From: Eledone cirrhosa
Lineage: Eukaryota
NCBI GenBank assembly: GCA_964016885.1
Contig: CAXHJY010000744.1
Coordinates: 78,895-142,894, forward strand
Reading direction: 5' to 3'
DNA length: 64,000 bases
The notes under the pieces are model-generated. The model did not search any database, was not told the DNA's origin, and saw only the letters and a program-made list of their open reading frames with translations. Positions 1 through 13,106 of the stretch are shown here, piece after piece (positions within the stretch are counted from its first letter, which is position 1; each line of letters begins with the position of its first letter). Position numbers and translations under genes: made by a program.

Positions 1-400
1 GTGGTGGTGGTGGTGGTGGTGGTGGTGGTGGTTGTCGTGGTGGTGGTGATGGTGGTCGTGGTGGTGGTGCTGGTGGTGGTGGCGGTAGTGGTGGTGGTTG
101 TGGTGGTGGTGGTGGTGGTGGTGGTGGTGGTGGTTGTCGTGGTGGTGGTGATGGTGGTCGTGGTGGTGGTATTGTTATTGTTGTTGTTGCTGGTTTTGTT
201 GGTGATGTTGGTCTTCGTCTTGCAGTTGTTATGGTTATTTTTGTTGCTGGTGGTATTGTTGTTGTTGATGATGATGATGATGATGATCATCATCATCATC
301 ATCATCGTCATCATCATCATCATCATTATCATGGTCATCATCATCATCATCATCATCATCATGGTGACCATAACTGCGTTGCTGTTGTTGTTGATGTTGT
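1..400. repeat. Compound trinucleotide microsatellite (GGT)n/(GTT)n/(GAT)n/(CAT)n
   Basis: Direct reading; explains the poly-V/L/M/I ORF 1..453. Confidence 0.95.
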
Positions 401-524
401 TGTTTAGCGCTAGTTCAAACCAACCATTGATCAAAACATCAAAGAGACTTTAGCCCTTCCTATTATTTTGATGAGGTGTACATATTGAATCTATTTTTCA
501 TTGTGGTGTTTAGTACTTTATATG

Positions 525-830
525 AAAGCGAGTGGTTTAGTGGTCAGAGTGTTCGAATTATGTTCAATTCCCGGCATTGTATTGTCTTGGTGCAAGACCC
601 TTTATATAATATTGATCCAGTCCATTCAGCTGGCAAAAGTGAATTGTTTCTGTAATTCAAAATGCAAGCCTTATCACAAGCTTTGTCACACTGAATATCC
701 CTGAGAATTATGCTAAAGATACACGTGTCTGTCACTTGCACTGTAATTTCATGAGAAGGCAGTTCCATTGATCGAATCAATTGAAACAATCTTCGTCGGA
801 ACCGACGGAGGTCCAATACATGCTCGTGCC
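525..830 (+). mobile_element. Diverged tRNA-headed SINE (family B)
   Basis: A-box-like GTGGTTTAGTGG, B-box-like GTTCAATTCC; body cagtccattcagctggcaaaa...accgacggag matches 19847-20248 and 52975-53190. Confidence 0.6.
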
Positions 831-1160
831 CGCTCACTGTCTTAGTTTATTTATTAGTGAATCGAGAAAAGCTGTCATTGTGTAAATTGGACAAAATGCC
901 AAACGACATTTGTATTGATGTTTTGCACTTTGAGATCAAGTTCTTCAGAAAACACCAGAACACCAGGTCAAGTTTGTACTTCCTTTCAGGATCGATGAAT
1001 TAACATACAAGTTTATGGCGCCGGTGGCGGTGAATTGGTACAGTCGTTATGGCGTTGGATTAAATATGCCTCGGTGATTGTTCTAAGGTCAACTTTGTAT
1101 TTCATTATTTTGGGGTCGATAAGTAAACCAGTCCAGCATTGAAGCTGGTTCTCTCCCTCA

Positions 1161-1201
<41 letters not shown>

Positions 1202-1620
1202 GTTCTTCCTCTATTTCTTTGGAAGAAACCAACTGTGTTTCAGCTTGCAGAGGGAAGAGCTCCGCCTAGTTTAAAATGTCCAAGACACGTCGTTTAACAG
1301 GACAGTGACCCTACGACTCCATCAGAAGTTAAGGTATTTCCCCCCCCCCCTTACCTTATGGCGGTGGATTAGTTAAATCGCTAGAGTGCTGGTCTCTGTT
1401 CTAGTTCTTTACGTTTTGGGTCCATTGCTGAAAACAAAAAAACCCTCTCTCCTTCTAGCAGTTACAACTTAAATTTTCTACTGGATCGAAGGAGGGGTGA
1501 GGCAGGGGCGAAGGGTCCGTGCATGCAACGCATGCAGTGCATGCATTATAGAATCTTGTGTTGATTGATTGCGTCGGTTGAAGCAAGCAGAATTTAAAAC
1601 GTATAGACACACAAAAAATA

Positions 1621-1651
<31 letters not shown>

Positions 1652-2309
1652 TACACACACAAACACATACACACAAACACACGACAGCTTTGGGGCAAGC
1701 AGAATTTTGACTGCTTACTAAATCGTAGACACATAAAAAGATAACACACACACACACACACACACTAGATAACACTACATGCGGCTTTGATCGGGAGGGT
1801 CATTTAGATTGGGGGGGGGGGGGGGTAAGGCTGCACAGCCCCACTTTCCGCCATGGGGATCGGACTGCATGCCCTGCTTTCCAGGTTACCCTTCGCCACT
1901 GTGGTGAGGGTCTGCTCGCAACTGCATAAGCACCTGAAACGAAATCATAGTACATTCTACCAAGTCATACTCGATTACGCGTGACAGCTGTAATGTCTTT
2001 GCAAATATCCGCTAACAGAATCAAGAATATGTCATTTTGATTCCGAAGTATTCAAAGTCGTCTCTGTGATTACAACTTTTCAAACATCCTCATCTGATAA
2101 TTTTATTCAATTACTTTCAACTATTCCCCTTTATTTCATTATGAATATTCAACATTGCTGCACTTTATCATTTTGAATTACCAAGTTTGCTGCTTACTCT
2201 AACAAGTCTCTTTGATCTTTCTTTCTTGCAACCATCTTCAAAACTACCGTAAAGGGAATATTGGGGGGGGGGGGCTGTTAAATGTACACTGTCGTCGTCA
2301 TCGTCGTTG

Positions 2310-2348
<39 letters not shown>

Positions 2349-2394
2349 CCACCACCAACACTACCACCACCAGCATCTTATTTACTATTACTAT

Positions 2395-2595
2395 TAATAA
2401 CAATTGTTTCTACTTTTTGGCACAAGGCCAGCAATTACGCCAGTGCATTACTGGTACTTTATTTTATCAACCCCGTAAGATGAAAGGCAAAGTTAACCTC
2501 GGCCGGATTTGAAGTCAGACCGCAAAGGGATGTAACTATATGCTGCAAAGCATGGCGTCCGACACTCTACTGATACTGCCAATCTACTTCCCCTT
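2395..2595 (-). mobile_element. tRNA-derived SINE (family A)
   Basis: Reverse complement of the 55522-55708 copy (gcctttcatc..acgggg..gataaaataaagtaccag; tail ggccttgtgccaaaagtagaaacaatt). Confidence 0.85.
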
Positions 2596-2609
2596 TACCA
2601 TTAATAATA

Positions 2610-3060
2610 ATAACAATTGTTTCATTTATTGGCCACAAGGGCCGACAAACAGGGGACAAAACAATAGACAGGGACAGCGGAGATTTACAAAAATGAAAGA
2701 GTGTAAACAAATGAAACATATTATATAAACAATAAAATTATAACAATAAAAATTTCTCAATAAGAGGGCGTACCACCCAGAGGTAACTTAGGAATCCCAT
2801 AGATGCTAAATCACCCTAATCTCCAAGAACACTGTAGGAAGATGTCACTCTCCTTTCGAAACTATACAGCCTATAGGCGCATCATCAGAATAGGTTCATC
2901 CACTCCAGCCATTCTCGTTCCATTCACCCACCTTTTAACAAATGTACTGGGAGGCAGCACTTCTCTCTCCACTTTCACCTTCCTTTCCAAATGGAACTTG
3001 AAAAACTTAATGAGAGCTTGGCCTAAGAGGAACGTGTTTGTCTTCAGTCCGCTACAGCCA
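2610..3060 (-). mobile_element. 3' fragment of Tx1/L1-like LINE
   Basis: Minus-strand translation GLKTNTFLLGQALIKFFKFHLERKVKVERE..KRW aligns with the C-terminus of the 5839-8352 element (GLRTDAFLSGQQLIPFFRYHFRRRIRVE..DRW); shared 3' end cccttgtggc. Confidence 0.8.
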
Positions 3061-3387
3061 TCATAGAGAGATCACTTTTGGTAGCGTTGTGTGGAGTAAA
3101 GAAGTGATGGATATATGCCTGCTCCAGACAAAAAAATAAAATTAAATTAAAAAAAATGTGGAAGAGTTATGCTGCAAAAGAGAATGCTTTCTCACCCTTG
3201 GAATTTATCTAAGACATACACCGTTAAAAAAATGAAGGTTTCTCTATACCCTTGAAAGAAGAGTTAACAAGAGTTCTGTCCGACGCTGGAGGAAGATATG
3301 TTCTCTCTGACATAGGCAGGTCATATGGAAGAATGTAACTATCATTTACTACTACGGCGAAAAGTTATGTAGGGTTGATGCGCTATA

Positions 3388-3686
3388 CCCACGCCGGATT
3401 TTGTGGGGAACTAAGGGGGCAATTTCCCAGAGCACCCTGCAGTGGGGGGCACCAGCGAGGGCGTAGCAATTTATTTGTGCCCTCAGCTGGGCTTTTTAGT
3501 TTTAGGATGGTTAGAATTTTTTAATTTAATATCTGTATTACCTTTTCAATTCCAATTACTTGCGCCAAGTTAACTTTGATATGTAAAACTAGGGGGCGGG
3601 GAGTTGCTGTGTATTCTAATTTTTGTGTATAAGGGGCCCCCGAAACATGATGTGCCCTGGGCCACCAAGGTCTAAATCCAACCCTG
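3388..3686. mobile_element. Possible degraded GC-ended MITE
   Basis: Imperfect inverted ends (gccggattt / aaatccaaccctg) with GC-rich subterminal blocks around an AT-rich core. Confidence 0.3.
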
Positions 3687-5047
3687 GCTACACGCATTCC
3701 TACAGGATGGTCCACAGAACATAGGCCTTGAAAAATATGAGGGTCACAGCCAGGGACTTTGGTGCCAATGTGAACATTTGTATCAGTGTTTCCAGTTTTC
3801 TACTTGTTTATCATCTGCAGCACGAAACAATATGGTTGATTATCCTCCCATATCAATTGAATTCGAGACTATTTTAGCATGCTGATCAAATGTGTTAATG
3901 TCAGACAGAAAAAAAGGAGTGGATATGTGGATATACATCTTCTAAATGGATTCGTTTATATAATTCTCCCTCTTGCAGATTTCTTTGTCATTTAACCATA
4001 ATATATTTAATGTACCTGCTTGTTATCTGTGCTATCTTACTCGTAATCATTCTAGAATATATGAATATGGAACACTACGAAATGCCTTCTGGTAATAAAC
4101 CCATGCTATTATTTTCCCACAGACGCCAGTAATGTCTTTCTTGGTTAGTAAATGATCTTCATATCCATATGGGTCTTTTCGGCATTCATTTTATAAAACT
4201 AGAAATGAATTGAATTTTGCAGGTAATAACTAACTATATATAATTCTATATAAAAATATATTTCTCTCTAGAAATATATTCTTACACAATGAATTACGTA
4301 AATTACTATGGTAGATGGAACTATAACTTACAATGATACGTTGAATAAAGCTCGTTTAATTATCCCAAGTTCGCTATGCTGTTACAATCAGAAATTTTCT
4401 CATGAAACAAATCAATATTCTGCGATGCCTTTGATGTATTTGATGACACCAGTATTGACAGGAAACTTTGAACTATTGAATGACGATCTCAGGAAATTCT
4501 TTTCTTTGATTGGAAAACAAAGATACTGACCATTTCAGTGGATATTTTCACATAAATAACAACTTATCTCTGAAATGTAACATATAAGATAATACTCCAA
4601 AAATATCAGATACATATTATTATCCACAGAAGAGAATCTTTATAACATGATACACCTACAATATAATCTTTAAGAAAGGGTTCACTGATAAATCCCTGAA
4701 ATCTATATATGTTCAAATGTGTGTACAACTGTTCAATGTAACTCAATGGAAGCTGTGGGACCTCATTTTCTCACTATATAGAGAGATGGGGAAGGCGAGA
4801 GAGATGGGGGCGATGGCGGTGGGAGTTCGGCTCTTCAGCGTTCGGACACATTGCACCTGTCAAGAGTGTATTTTCATATTTACATATATTGTTATTATCC
4901 TAATTTTATTATATATATATATGACTCTGTTTTCCTGTGATTTTCATCGAAAAAATTTTTGAATACATCTTTTCTTTTCATGATATTTGGATTACATTGA
5001 GTTCTTCATACGGATTGGACACTACCGTATATTTTGGTAGATTTATC

Positions 5048-5086
<39 letters not shown>

Positions 5087-5167
5087 ATAATAAGAAATTT
5101 GAAGACTAAAATCCAAAGCGGGCTCGATAAGGATAAATATATATCAAATATATAAGAACCATAGAGC

Positions 5168-5228
<61 letters not shown>

Positions 5229-5800
5229 GGAAAAAGTATGACCCCGACGGCAGAGCTCATGCTGTTTCGACGGCTATTTCTGGACTAAATTAGAATGTTT
5301 AGCCTGGTGAATAAATAGCCGAACTTGTCAAGGGGGTACTTCCTTATATGGGAAGATTGTAGTTGTCAAGAGGGTTGGTTAAAATTTGTTGTAAACACAA
5401 ATAAGTCTATCATGGCATTTGGTGGGAGGTAGGGGTGGCTGAACTTGCCTGTAGAACAATAGAGGAGTGACAGGAGCGGTCAAGCGTTGAAAGTGATATG
5501 TATACAGCAGATTCTAAGGATAGTGTATAAGGTGGAGGAGGGAGGTTATAGAATAGCTAAATCGAATGAGAGTAGGAGACAATAAAAGATAATAGAAAGA
5601 AATAAAAAAATATATAAAATTAGATAGTGAGAGATGAATAAAAAAAATCACAATGCTATCTTACAATTACAGGTTAATAAGTTGAGAATAGAAAAAACTT
5701 GTAGAAATTGAGTAGTACCAAAACTGATACAAAAATAAAAGGGGTTTAACACGTCTGCTATAAGTAGTTAGTAAAACGTATTCGGCCAATTCTATCTTAA
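5229..5800 (-). mobile_element. Probable PLE 3' (pseudo-LTR) remnant carrying a hammerhead
   Basis: Starts at (TA)n; HHR near the end; purine-skewed AT-rich body like the PLE repeat at 59520-60350. Confidence 0.4.
5242..5336 (-). ncRNA. Type I hammerhead ribozyme, U3-A8 core variant
   Basis: Minus strand: cccc-TTGACAA-g..cggctattt[..]aaatagccg..c-GAAA-cagc..gccg-TC-gggg; half copy at 46069-46110 has a perfect stem III (cggc/gccg). Confidence 0.65.
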
Positions 5801-5838
5801 AATTACAGGGGTGGGGGAACTGATGCTACAGAGGCCCG

Positions 5839-8352
5839 ATGGGCTGCATCGGGGTAGGCGAAAGGGGAAAAGCAGACTTTGCGCAACTGTTCGAGCAGAA
5901 TGCCGATGCATCGAACGGGGCAATGGACTTAGGTTCATACCTCGACGGCCTGCCGCGTCTCTCGAGCATGGACGCCGAGTTCTACGAAAGACCAATCACA
6001 GCCACTGAGATACGGGATGCTCTGGGCCGCTGCGGGAAACACAAATGACCCGGTCTAGATGATCTACCCTATGAGTTTTACATAGGCATGCCGGACTTTT
6101 TCTCTGGCGTTCTCGAGGCCGTATACTGCAACTGGCAGCAGAACGTGAGAATTCCCCGTTCTGCAGACAAGGGGCGTAGTAACGCTGATCAGGAAAGACG
6201 AGAACAAGGGGGACGAACGAAGCAACTTTAGGCCCATAACTCTGCTCAACACAGAGTTAAAGATTTTGGCCAAGGTGTTGGCAACGAGGCTGGCGCTTGT
6301 CATCGAGAACCTGGTAGGGAAAGCGCAAACGTGTGCAATGTCGACCAGGTCCATACACGACAACCTCCACCTCATGCGATACATCGTAGAGAGTGTGGGG
6401 TATAAACCCGGCTTCGGTGGGGGCTCTGATAAATTTAGATCAGTCTAAGGCGTTCGATAGGGTCGACCATCGATACTTGGAAGTGGTTCTCAAGGCGGCC
6501 GGTTTCGGACCCGTCTTCAGCGGCAGAATCGCCGCAATGCACACCAACATCTGCTCGATGGTCAAGGTGAATGGCCACCTATCGGAGCCGTTCGCAATCA
6601 CGCGTTCCATCCGACAGGGATGCCCTCTCTCCTCCATTCTGTACCTACTGACTCTAGAGCCACTACTGCGGAAGTTGGAGCTGCTGCAGGGCATCCCGTT
6701 GGAACCGGGACTGCGGAAAGCGGTGTCGGCTTATGCCGACGACGTGACAGTAATGGTGTCGGAAACTTCGGAAATCAGGGTGATCGGCAACTTACTGCAG
6801 GAATACGAAAGGCTCACAGGAGCAAAACTGAACCTGGACAAGTCTGTCGGTTTGCAACTCGGAACGTGGAGAGGCAAACCGATACCGTCCGACAGTGTCG
6901 TCGGACGCTGGACGGACGGACCGGGGAAATTGCTCGGGGTCTGGTTCGGTCCGGACCTCCAGGTGGAGAAAAACTGGAACGAGTTCACGGCCAAGGTATT
7001 TGCGCTCATCCAGAAGTGGGCAGAGTGCAAACTATCCTTGAAAGGTCGAGTGGAGATGGCGAACACTTTCATAGCGTCCGTCATCTACTACCGCTTGACC
7101 GTCGTGCCTTGTCCCCGTGAACACCTCACCAAGATGGAACGCATGCTCTTCCAGTTCCTGTGGAAGAAGCAGGCTCTAGTGGTGAGGAGATCCGTCTGCT
7201 GTCACACCCTTCTAACGGAGGGCTGGGTATGCCGTGGCTGATGATGCGCAAGCATGCGCTGAGGCTACGGCATCTACAGGTATTCCTCACAGACCCCTAA
7301 CCGGTGTGGGCACCGTTTGTGAGACAGGCCTTCCCGCAACTTGTCTCGCTGACGGAGCTGCAGTCCTGGGTCAAGCGGAGACCAAAGAAGATGGGCGCCT
7401 GGCACATTGAATGCGCTCAGGCGCTCACAGTCCTCTGTCAAGCGGGCACGGCAATCAGTGGAGACTCCACTTCGACATTCTATAGAGGGTTAGTACGTCA
7501 CAAGAGTGACGACGTGCTCGGGGAGACTCTGGGCGTCGAAGATGACGAACTCACCAGTCTGTTTGGTAGGACTTTCCGCCCGGGACCTATGGACAACTTC
7601 CAGAGGTCCCTGGCCTGGCAGTGCTACCGAGGAGCTCTACCAGTTCGTGACAAGATCTACAGGCACGGATGCCCCGGCATGGATCCTACCAAGAGGACAT
7701 GTCCAGGATGCGGGCAGGACATTGAAACTGTCTTGCACGCAATTGTACACTGCCCGGGCGTAACCGACCTGTGGGACTACGCAGAACAACTGCTGTCGCG
7801 TATGCGACAAATCCAGTTGATTGCCGAGTCAATATTAAGTATCAAACCGCCAACCTCCTTCAAAAACGAAAGAGAGGCGGTTTTCCTCTGTATAGTGGCT
7901 ATGGTGAAAAAGGTTATATGGTGGACGAGATTGAGAGGACTGAGGACAGATGCCTTTCTCTCCGGACAACAACTCATTCCCTTCTTTAGGTACCACTTTA
8001 GAAGGAGAATCAGAGTGGAGTGAGAGGCACTGCACCCCAGTAAATTTACTGATAGGTGGGCGAATATAGCAAAAATGGCCCGAGTGATTGGGCCGTCTCT
8101 GTATATAAACCTGTAGGTTGAAGAAGAGAGCAAAAGGAAGAAAGGAGTACGTGCACAACACGCTCCTGAAGTTGAGGGTTGTTCTATCTACGGGGTATTA
8201 AACAACCCATTTGTGGCGCCTCCCCGCTATTGGGGATTTCGATTGTTATAATTGTTTGTTTCAATATTTTTACACGACTGTATGTAAAATCCCCGGCATG
8301 TGTCCTTGTTTTGTCACCTTTTCTTGTGCGCCCTTGTGGCTAAGAAAGAAAG
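5839..8352 (+). mobile_element. 5'-truncated, disrupted Tx1/L1-clade LINE (RT + C-terminal zinc knuckle)
   Basis: NFRPITLLN, DQSKAFDRVDH, SIRQGCPLS, AYADDV, CPGC..ETVLHAIVHC spread over ORFs 5839-6048, 6266-6448, 6393-7241 and 7304-8023, with stops and frameshifts. Confidence 0.92.
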
Positions 8353-8655
8353 CTGTCTATCGTGATAATCTACCAAGCTGTCTATCGTTCTATCTCTTCA
8401 AATATTGTCTTAGTAAACGTTATATATCATGACCAGTCTATACAAAAGTCAGATGTTCTTTTGTGCTATAATGTCTTTTAACTTCTATCAATGTTAGATT
8501 TATTGGAAACTTTCATGTTGATCGATCGAAACTTTAGATGTATATATTTCACAGACATTGCCTCTCTTTGCTTATCTACCTGTCTATATATCTACAAGTT
8601 CAACTCTGTCTACCTAACTATCCATTTCCATATTTCTCTCTCTTTCCCTCTATAT

Positions 8656-8657
<2 letters not shown>

Positions 8658-8740
<83 letters not shown>
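8658..8740. repeat. (TG)n microsatellite
   Basis: Direct reading. Confidence 0.95.
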
Positions 8741-8743
<3 letters not shown>

Positions 8744-9119
8744 CTGTGTATATGACGGCGATAAATTTACAATACAACGGGAGGAAAAATAATAGTACCA
8801 CTGATGATGTCACAGGTGTGTGAACTTTGATAGACTATGTATATATATATATAAACGGAAAAAATGAAACGAAATTTCATTTCCCACTCTTAGTACGGCT
8901 GTTACTTAAATATAAGTATGTACACCTACATACATATATGTATACAGACGTACAGTAGTATGTATATATATATACATACATGCACACATATATATATATG
9001 TACGTATGGATTCACCGAACATTTATTATAATGCTCGGTGTGTCTGTAAACAAACATCCCGTATTAAGCCGTAGTGTCTAGCAACCATCGTTGTTCATGT
9101 GTTCAACACTGACAAAGGA

Positions 9120-9162
9120 ACGCTGTACTAGTTTCAAGTTTATTAGCTATCGTCAGCAACGT
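9120..9162 (-). ncRNA. Minimal type I hammerhead ribozyme
   Basis: acgttg-CTGACGA-t-agct aata aact-t-GAAA-ctag-TA-cagcgt; one stem II mismatch. Confidence 0.75.
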
Positions 9163-9594
9163 ATACCTTCCTGCCAGATGGTTGAACGTCTGAAAGTAAA
9201 TACTTTCCTTATGCATATTAACGGCTGAGCAGCCTAATTTGCATATCGAGTGAGTTAATCGGCCGGGGTACCGAAAACGATAAACGGAAAAAATGAAACG
9301 AAATTTCATTTCTCACTCTTAGTACGGCTGTTACTTAAATATAAGTATGTATACGTACATACATATATGTATACAGACGTACAGTAGTATGTATATACAT
9401 ATACATACATGCACACATATATATATGCACGTATGGATTCACCGAACATTTATTATATAGCTCGGTGTGTTTGTAAACAAACTTTCCGAATTAAGCCGTA
9501 GAGTGTCTAGCAACCATCGTTGCTCATTGGTTCAACACTGACAAAGGAACGCTGTACTAGTTTCAAGCTTATTAGCTATCTGGCAGGAAGGTAT

Positions 9595-9637
9595 ACGTTG
9601 CTGACGATAGCTAATAAGCTTGAAACTAGTACAGCGT
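9595..9637 (+). ncRNA. Minimal type I hammerhead ribozyme (intact)
   Basis: acgttg-CTGACGA-t-agct aata agct-t-GAAA-ctag-TA-cagcgt; palindromic stem III ACTAGT; GUA site. Confidence 0.85.
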
Positions 9638-9840
9638 TCCTTTGTCAGTGTTGAATAAATGAGCAACGATGGTTGCTAGACACTACGGCTTAATTCGGGA
9701 TTTTTGTTTACAAACACACCGAGCATTATAATAAATATTCGGTGAATCCATACGTGCATATATATGTGTGCATCTATGTATATATATATACATACTACTG
9801 TACGTCTGTATACATATATGTATGTACGTATACATACTTA

Positions 9841-9945
<105 letters not shown>

Positions 9946-9962
9946 ATTGAAATAACAGATTA

Positions 9963-10015
9963 AAGTTTAAGCAAAGAATCGCTGCTTTCATCCTCAACGG
10001 GATCTTCTGAAACTC
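9963..10015 (-). ncRNA. Hammerhead-like motif with CAGAAGA core
   Basis: gagttt-CAGAAGA-tcccgttgaggat-GAAA-gca..tgc-TT-aaactt; second copy at 36357-36409. Confidence 0.5.
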
Positions 10016-10243
10016 AGAATTTATCTTTATCGAGCCCACTTTGGATCTTAGTCTTCAAATTTATTATTATTACTATATATATATATATATATATATTGTT
10101 ATACTTTGGGAGGGTCATGTTGCCAATAAGAAACACACGCACCAGATGCTTTCACTTCAATTTATTATAATAAATTTATAAATTTAGGAATTAATAAATT
10201 TCTGGTTGGTTGGTTGGTTCCACAACCAGATAGTTGTTTATAT

Positions 10244-10292
10244 ATTGTCCAAGTTCTTTCGTCACACATTCTGTGACCTCTTCAGTGACTGG
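10244..10292 (-). ncRNA. Decayed hammerhead in PLE 3' repeat
   Basis: gtca-CTGAAGA-g-gtcaca gaatg tgtgac-GAAA-gaac-TT-ggac; stems I and III imperfect. Confidence 0.5.
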
Positions 10293-10488
10293 GGATTCTT
10301 TTCTTTGTTTTTGTGCCTCTCCTTTGTTCTGTCCTACGCCATTTTGTTTCTGTGTGTGTGTTGTGTGCTCAGTCTGCGCATGCGCCACATCCGGGTGTCT
10401 GTGTGTTTATATTCGTTTATTTATTTGTTTATTTACATGTCACTGGTTGGTTGTTTGTTCTATGTGCGTGTGTGTTTTCATTTTGTCC

Positions 10489-12014
10489 TTAATTGTAAGT
10501 TGTGATGTTGCTGTTCCACTCATATTTTCTATTTAATTTTGGTTGTAATTCTTTTATGTTTATTGCCTCTGTGATTTGTCTAAACATTGCGTCTTTTCTG
10601 TGTGTAGATTCTATTTTTATTTCTATGTTCTCTAATTTACCCTTATGTTCTATTTTAACATGTTGGTAGAGTACAGATGATTCTTTACTATCTTGAAGGT
10701 CTCGCCAGTGTTCATTTATCCGTTCCCCTACACTACGAGCTGTCTCACCTATGTACACTATATTTTTGTCTCTACATTTTCCTTTAGTACATCTTATGCT
10801 ATACACTACATTTCTAGTTTTACAGTTAATATGGGGGCTTAATTTACAGGTTATACATTTCTTATCTATACAGGGGGGTCTTTGAAAAGGGTATGTCTTG
10901 CTAATAAGTGTTTTTACGGAGGTACCTGGTCTTTCTACTATCTTAATATTGAGTTTATGTTTATCTAGGGCCCTTCTAAATTTGTAAGCTAATTCACCTC
11001 TAGGGGTTGTATCGATGAACATTACACTCTGGTATTTATTGCTATCATACCATGAGTTTATTCTATTAGCCTTATTCCTAGTTCTTTCTATTCTATTCCA
11101 AAATTTGCTCCTATACAAGGGGCAGGTCCCATTTGTGTCATTATTTACCATTTTTTCCCATTTGGTTCTGCCTCCTCTATACACTCTGATTTTATCTCTC
11201 TGATTGTAACCAGAGAACTGCATACGGTGGATGAAGTGTTGTATGTGTCTCTCTAGTTCTTCGGGGTTGCACATGCGGGGTTGCACCCGTACCAAATCCG
11301 CCATCAGTATGTTGATTTTTGTATGGTCCAAACATCAGATGTTTGGAAGTCATGGGTTTGGCATAATGGGAATGGAGGATTTGTTTTTTTGTTATTAATG
11401 GTATCTAACCAGAGCTGTGTCTAGTACAGGTAATCGATGGTTGGGGTGTTTACTTGGGTAGTCTATAGTAACTCTAATACTCTGGTGGATGGAGTTAGCT
11501 ATTTGCTGGATGCTTTCCATTGTGTTTTTCTCTAGTTCCTGACTGTTCTCTAGTGGGGTGTCTTAACTACGATGTTTATATCATCAACGTAGCGGGAGTA
11601 CATTATCAGGGTTAAGGGGTCTTCTAATTGTTCTTTAAGTTTAAGTTTAAGTCTACTGTCCCACCATACCATAAATAAGTTAGCTATGTCGCCTGCAATG
11701 CTAACACCAATGGCTGCTCCTTCCTCTTGGGCATATGTTTTTCCATTAAATTTGAACATATGTTCCTTAAGGGTTAGTTTTATGCTGGCCCCTACCGCAT
11801 GTGCAATCATTTTCTTCAGTTCATCGTGGTTTTCGGGTGTCCGTATGGCTCTGGTCCACCCGTTCCATCTATCTGTGTGGGTTTTCTTGGCCATTGAGGT
11901 AATGGTAGGTGGTCTGCCTCTTGCTGGTCTTGTAGGGCACAGGTTGCTAAGGTCATATGTGTCTAGGTATATTATTATAATGGATGTCAACCCACTGTGG
12001 GTCAATATATACAT
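10489..12014 (-). pseudogene. PLE reverse transcriptase / GIY-YIG endonuclease, frameshifted
   Basis: YAQEEGAAIG, YSRYVDDI (11550-12014); VVYSIRC..YIGETARSVGERINEH..RQITEAINI..LNRKYEW (10489-11331). Confidence 0.9.
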
Positions 12015-12075
12015 ATGTTTCTATATGTCTCTTGTGTTGAAAAGGAGGTCAAGTATGTAAAATATCACTGAATAA

Positions 12076-12124
12076 TTGCTCCGAAGACTCCAAACCTCGG
12101 TTTGGAAGAAACAATTGTAAGCAA
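12076..12124 (+). ncRNA. Minimal hammerhead with CCGAAGA core
   Basis: ttgct-CCGAAGA-c-tccaaac ctcg gtttgga-a-GAAA-caattg-TA-agcaa; palindromic stem III ACAATTGT. Confidence 0.65.
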
Positions 12125-12159
12125 ATAAATGATTTAAACAGAACTTTGATTCATGTAAT

Positions 12160-12203
<44 letters not shown>

Positions 12204-12667
12204 ACCATGTGTTTGCTAGCAGCGCTTACTCGAGCGGAACAGAACGAAAAACTTGTTGACGAAGTAAACTCCATTGTTCTATCTTCAAAAACCATTAACT
12301 TGCAGACCCCTGCAAGTGGATTTTGTTAATTTCGGATTTACAGAAACCTAGCGGAGATATTATGAATTACATGTGATGTATATTATATGGTATATATTAT
12401 AGGTATTATGTGTTATGTATGATGTCGAAGCGATGGTCCAGGTTAGTCAAATGTTTCCTTAGTTCAGTCTTTTTCGTGGCTATAGTCACTGCGGCCCTTC
12501 TATCTGTCGCTGTCTTCAATTTGCAAATCTGTCTAAACGTAATGTTATAACTCTAGGGTTATATACCCTATCGAGTGCTTAGCTGTACACCAAAATTGCA
12601 TTCGTTAGCTTGGCTGCAACCATGGCTTCGTTGATGCTGTACTAAATTTTGTATATATATATATATA

Positions 12668-12733
<66 letters not shown>

Positions 12734-13106
12734 TTAATATATATATAACGTGATATATCACATGTGATATATTCTGCTCTGTAAGAGCATCGAGTGTTCA
12801 AACGGTCTACCGCATACGAACGCTTTAACCATCCCACACCAATTATATATATATATATATATATACAATATATATACAATATATATATATGGGATAACAA
12901 GTTATCGTTATAGGTAATTCAGTTAGAAGTTGTGAGTACTCTGTATTGTGGATAGTTTTAACGTACGGTTTTGTTTGACTCAACAAGATGTTTCCATAGT
13001 TAGGTAGCGAGTTCGCGAGAATTCTTATGCAGGTTATACTTGGAGTAATAATAGTGAAAGAATGAAGAATAACATGGTCGGCTGTACAACAAGGGGCTTT
13101 ATTTCA

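Larger units (their letters stand above)
10095..12030 (-). mobile_element. 5'-truncated Penelope-like retroelement
   Basis: RT followed by GIY-YIG, then a 3' non-coding repeat with an HHR remnant; ends at (TA)n. Confidence 0.9.

Noticed and set aside
1-453. 150-aa hydrophobic ORF
   Set aside because: Translation of trinucleotide microsatellites
8797-8830. CTGATGA plus hairpin as a hammerhead
   Set aside because: No GAAA, stem III or stem I partner
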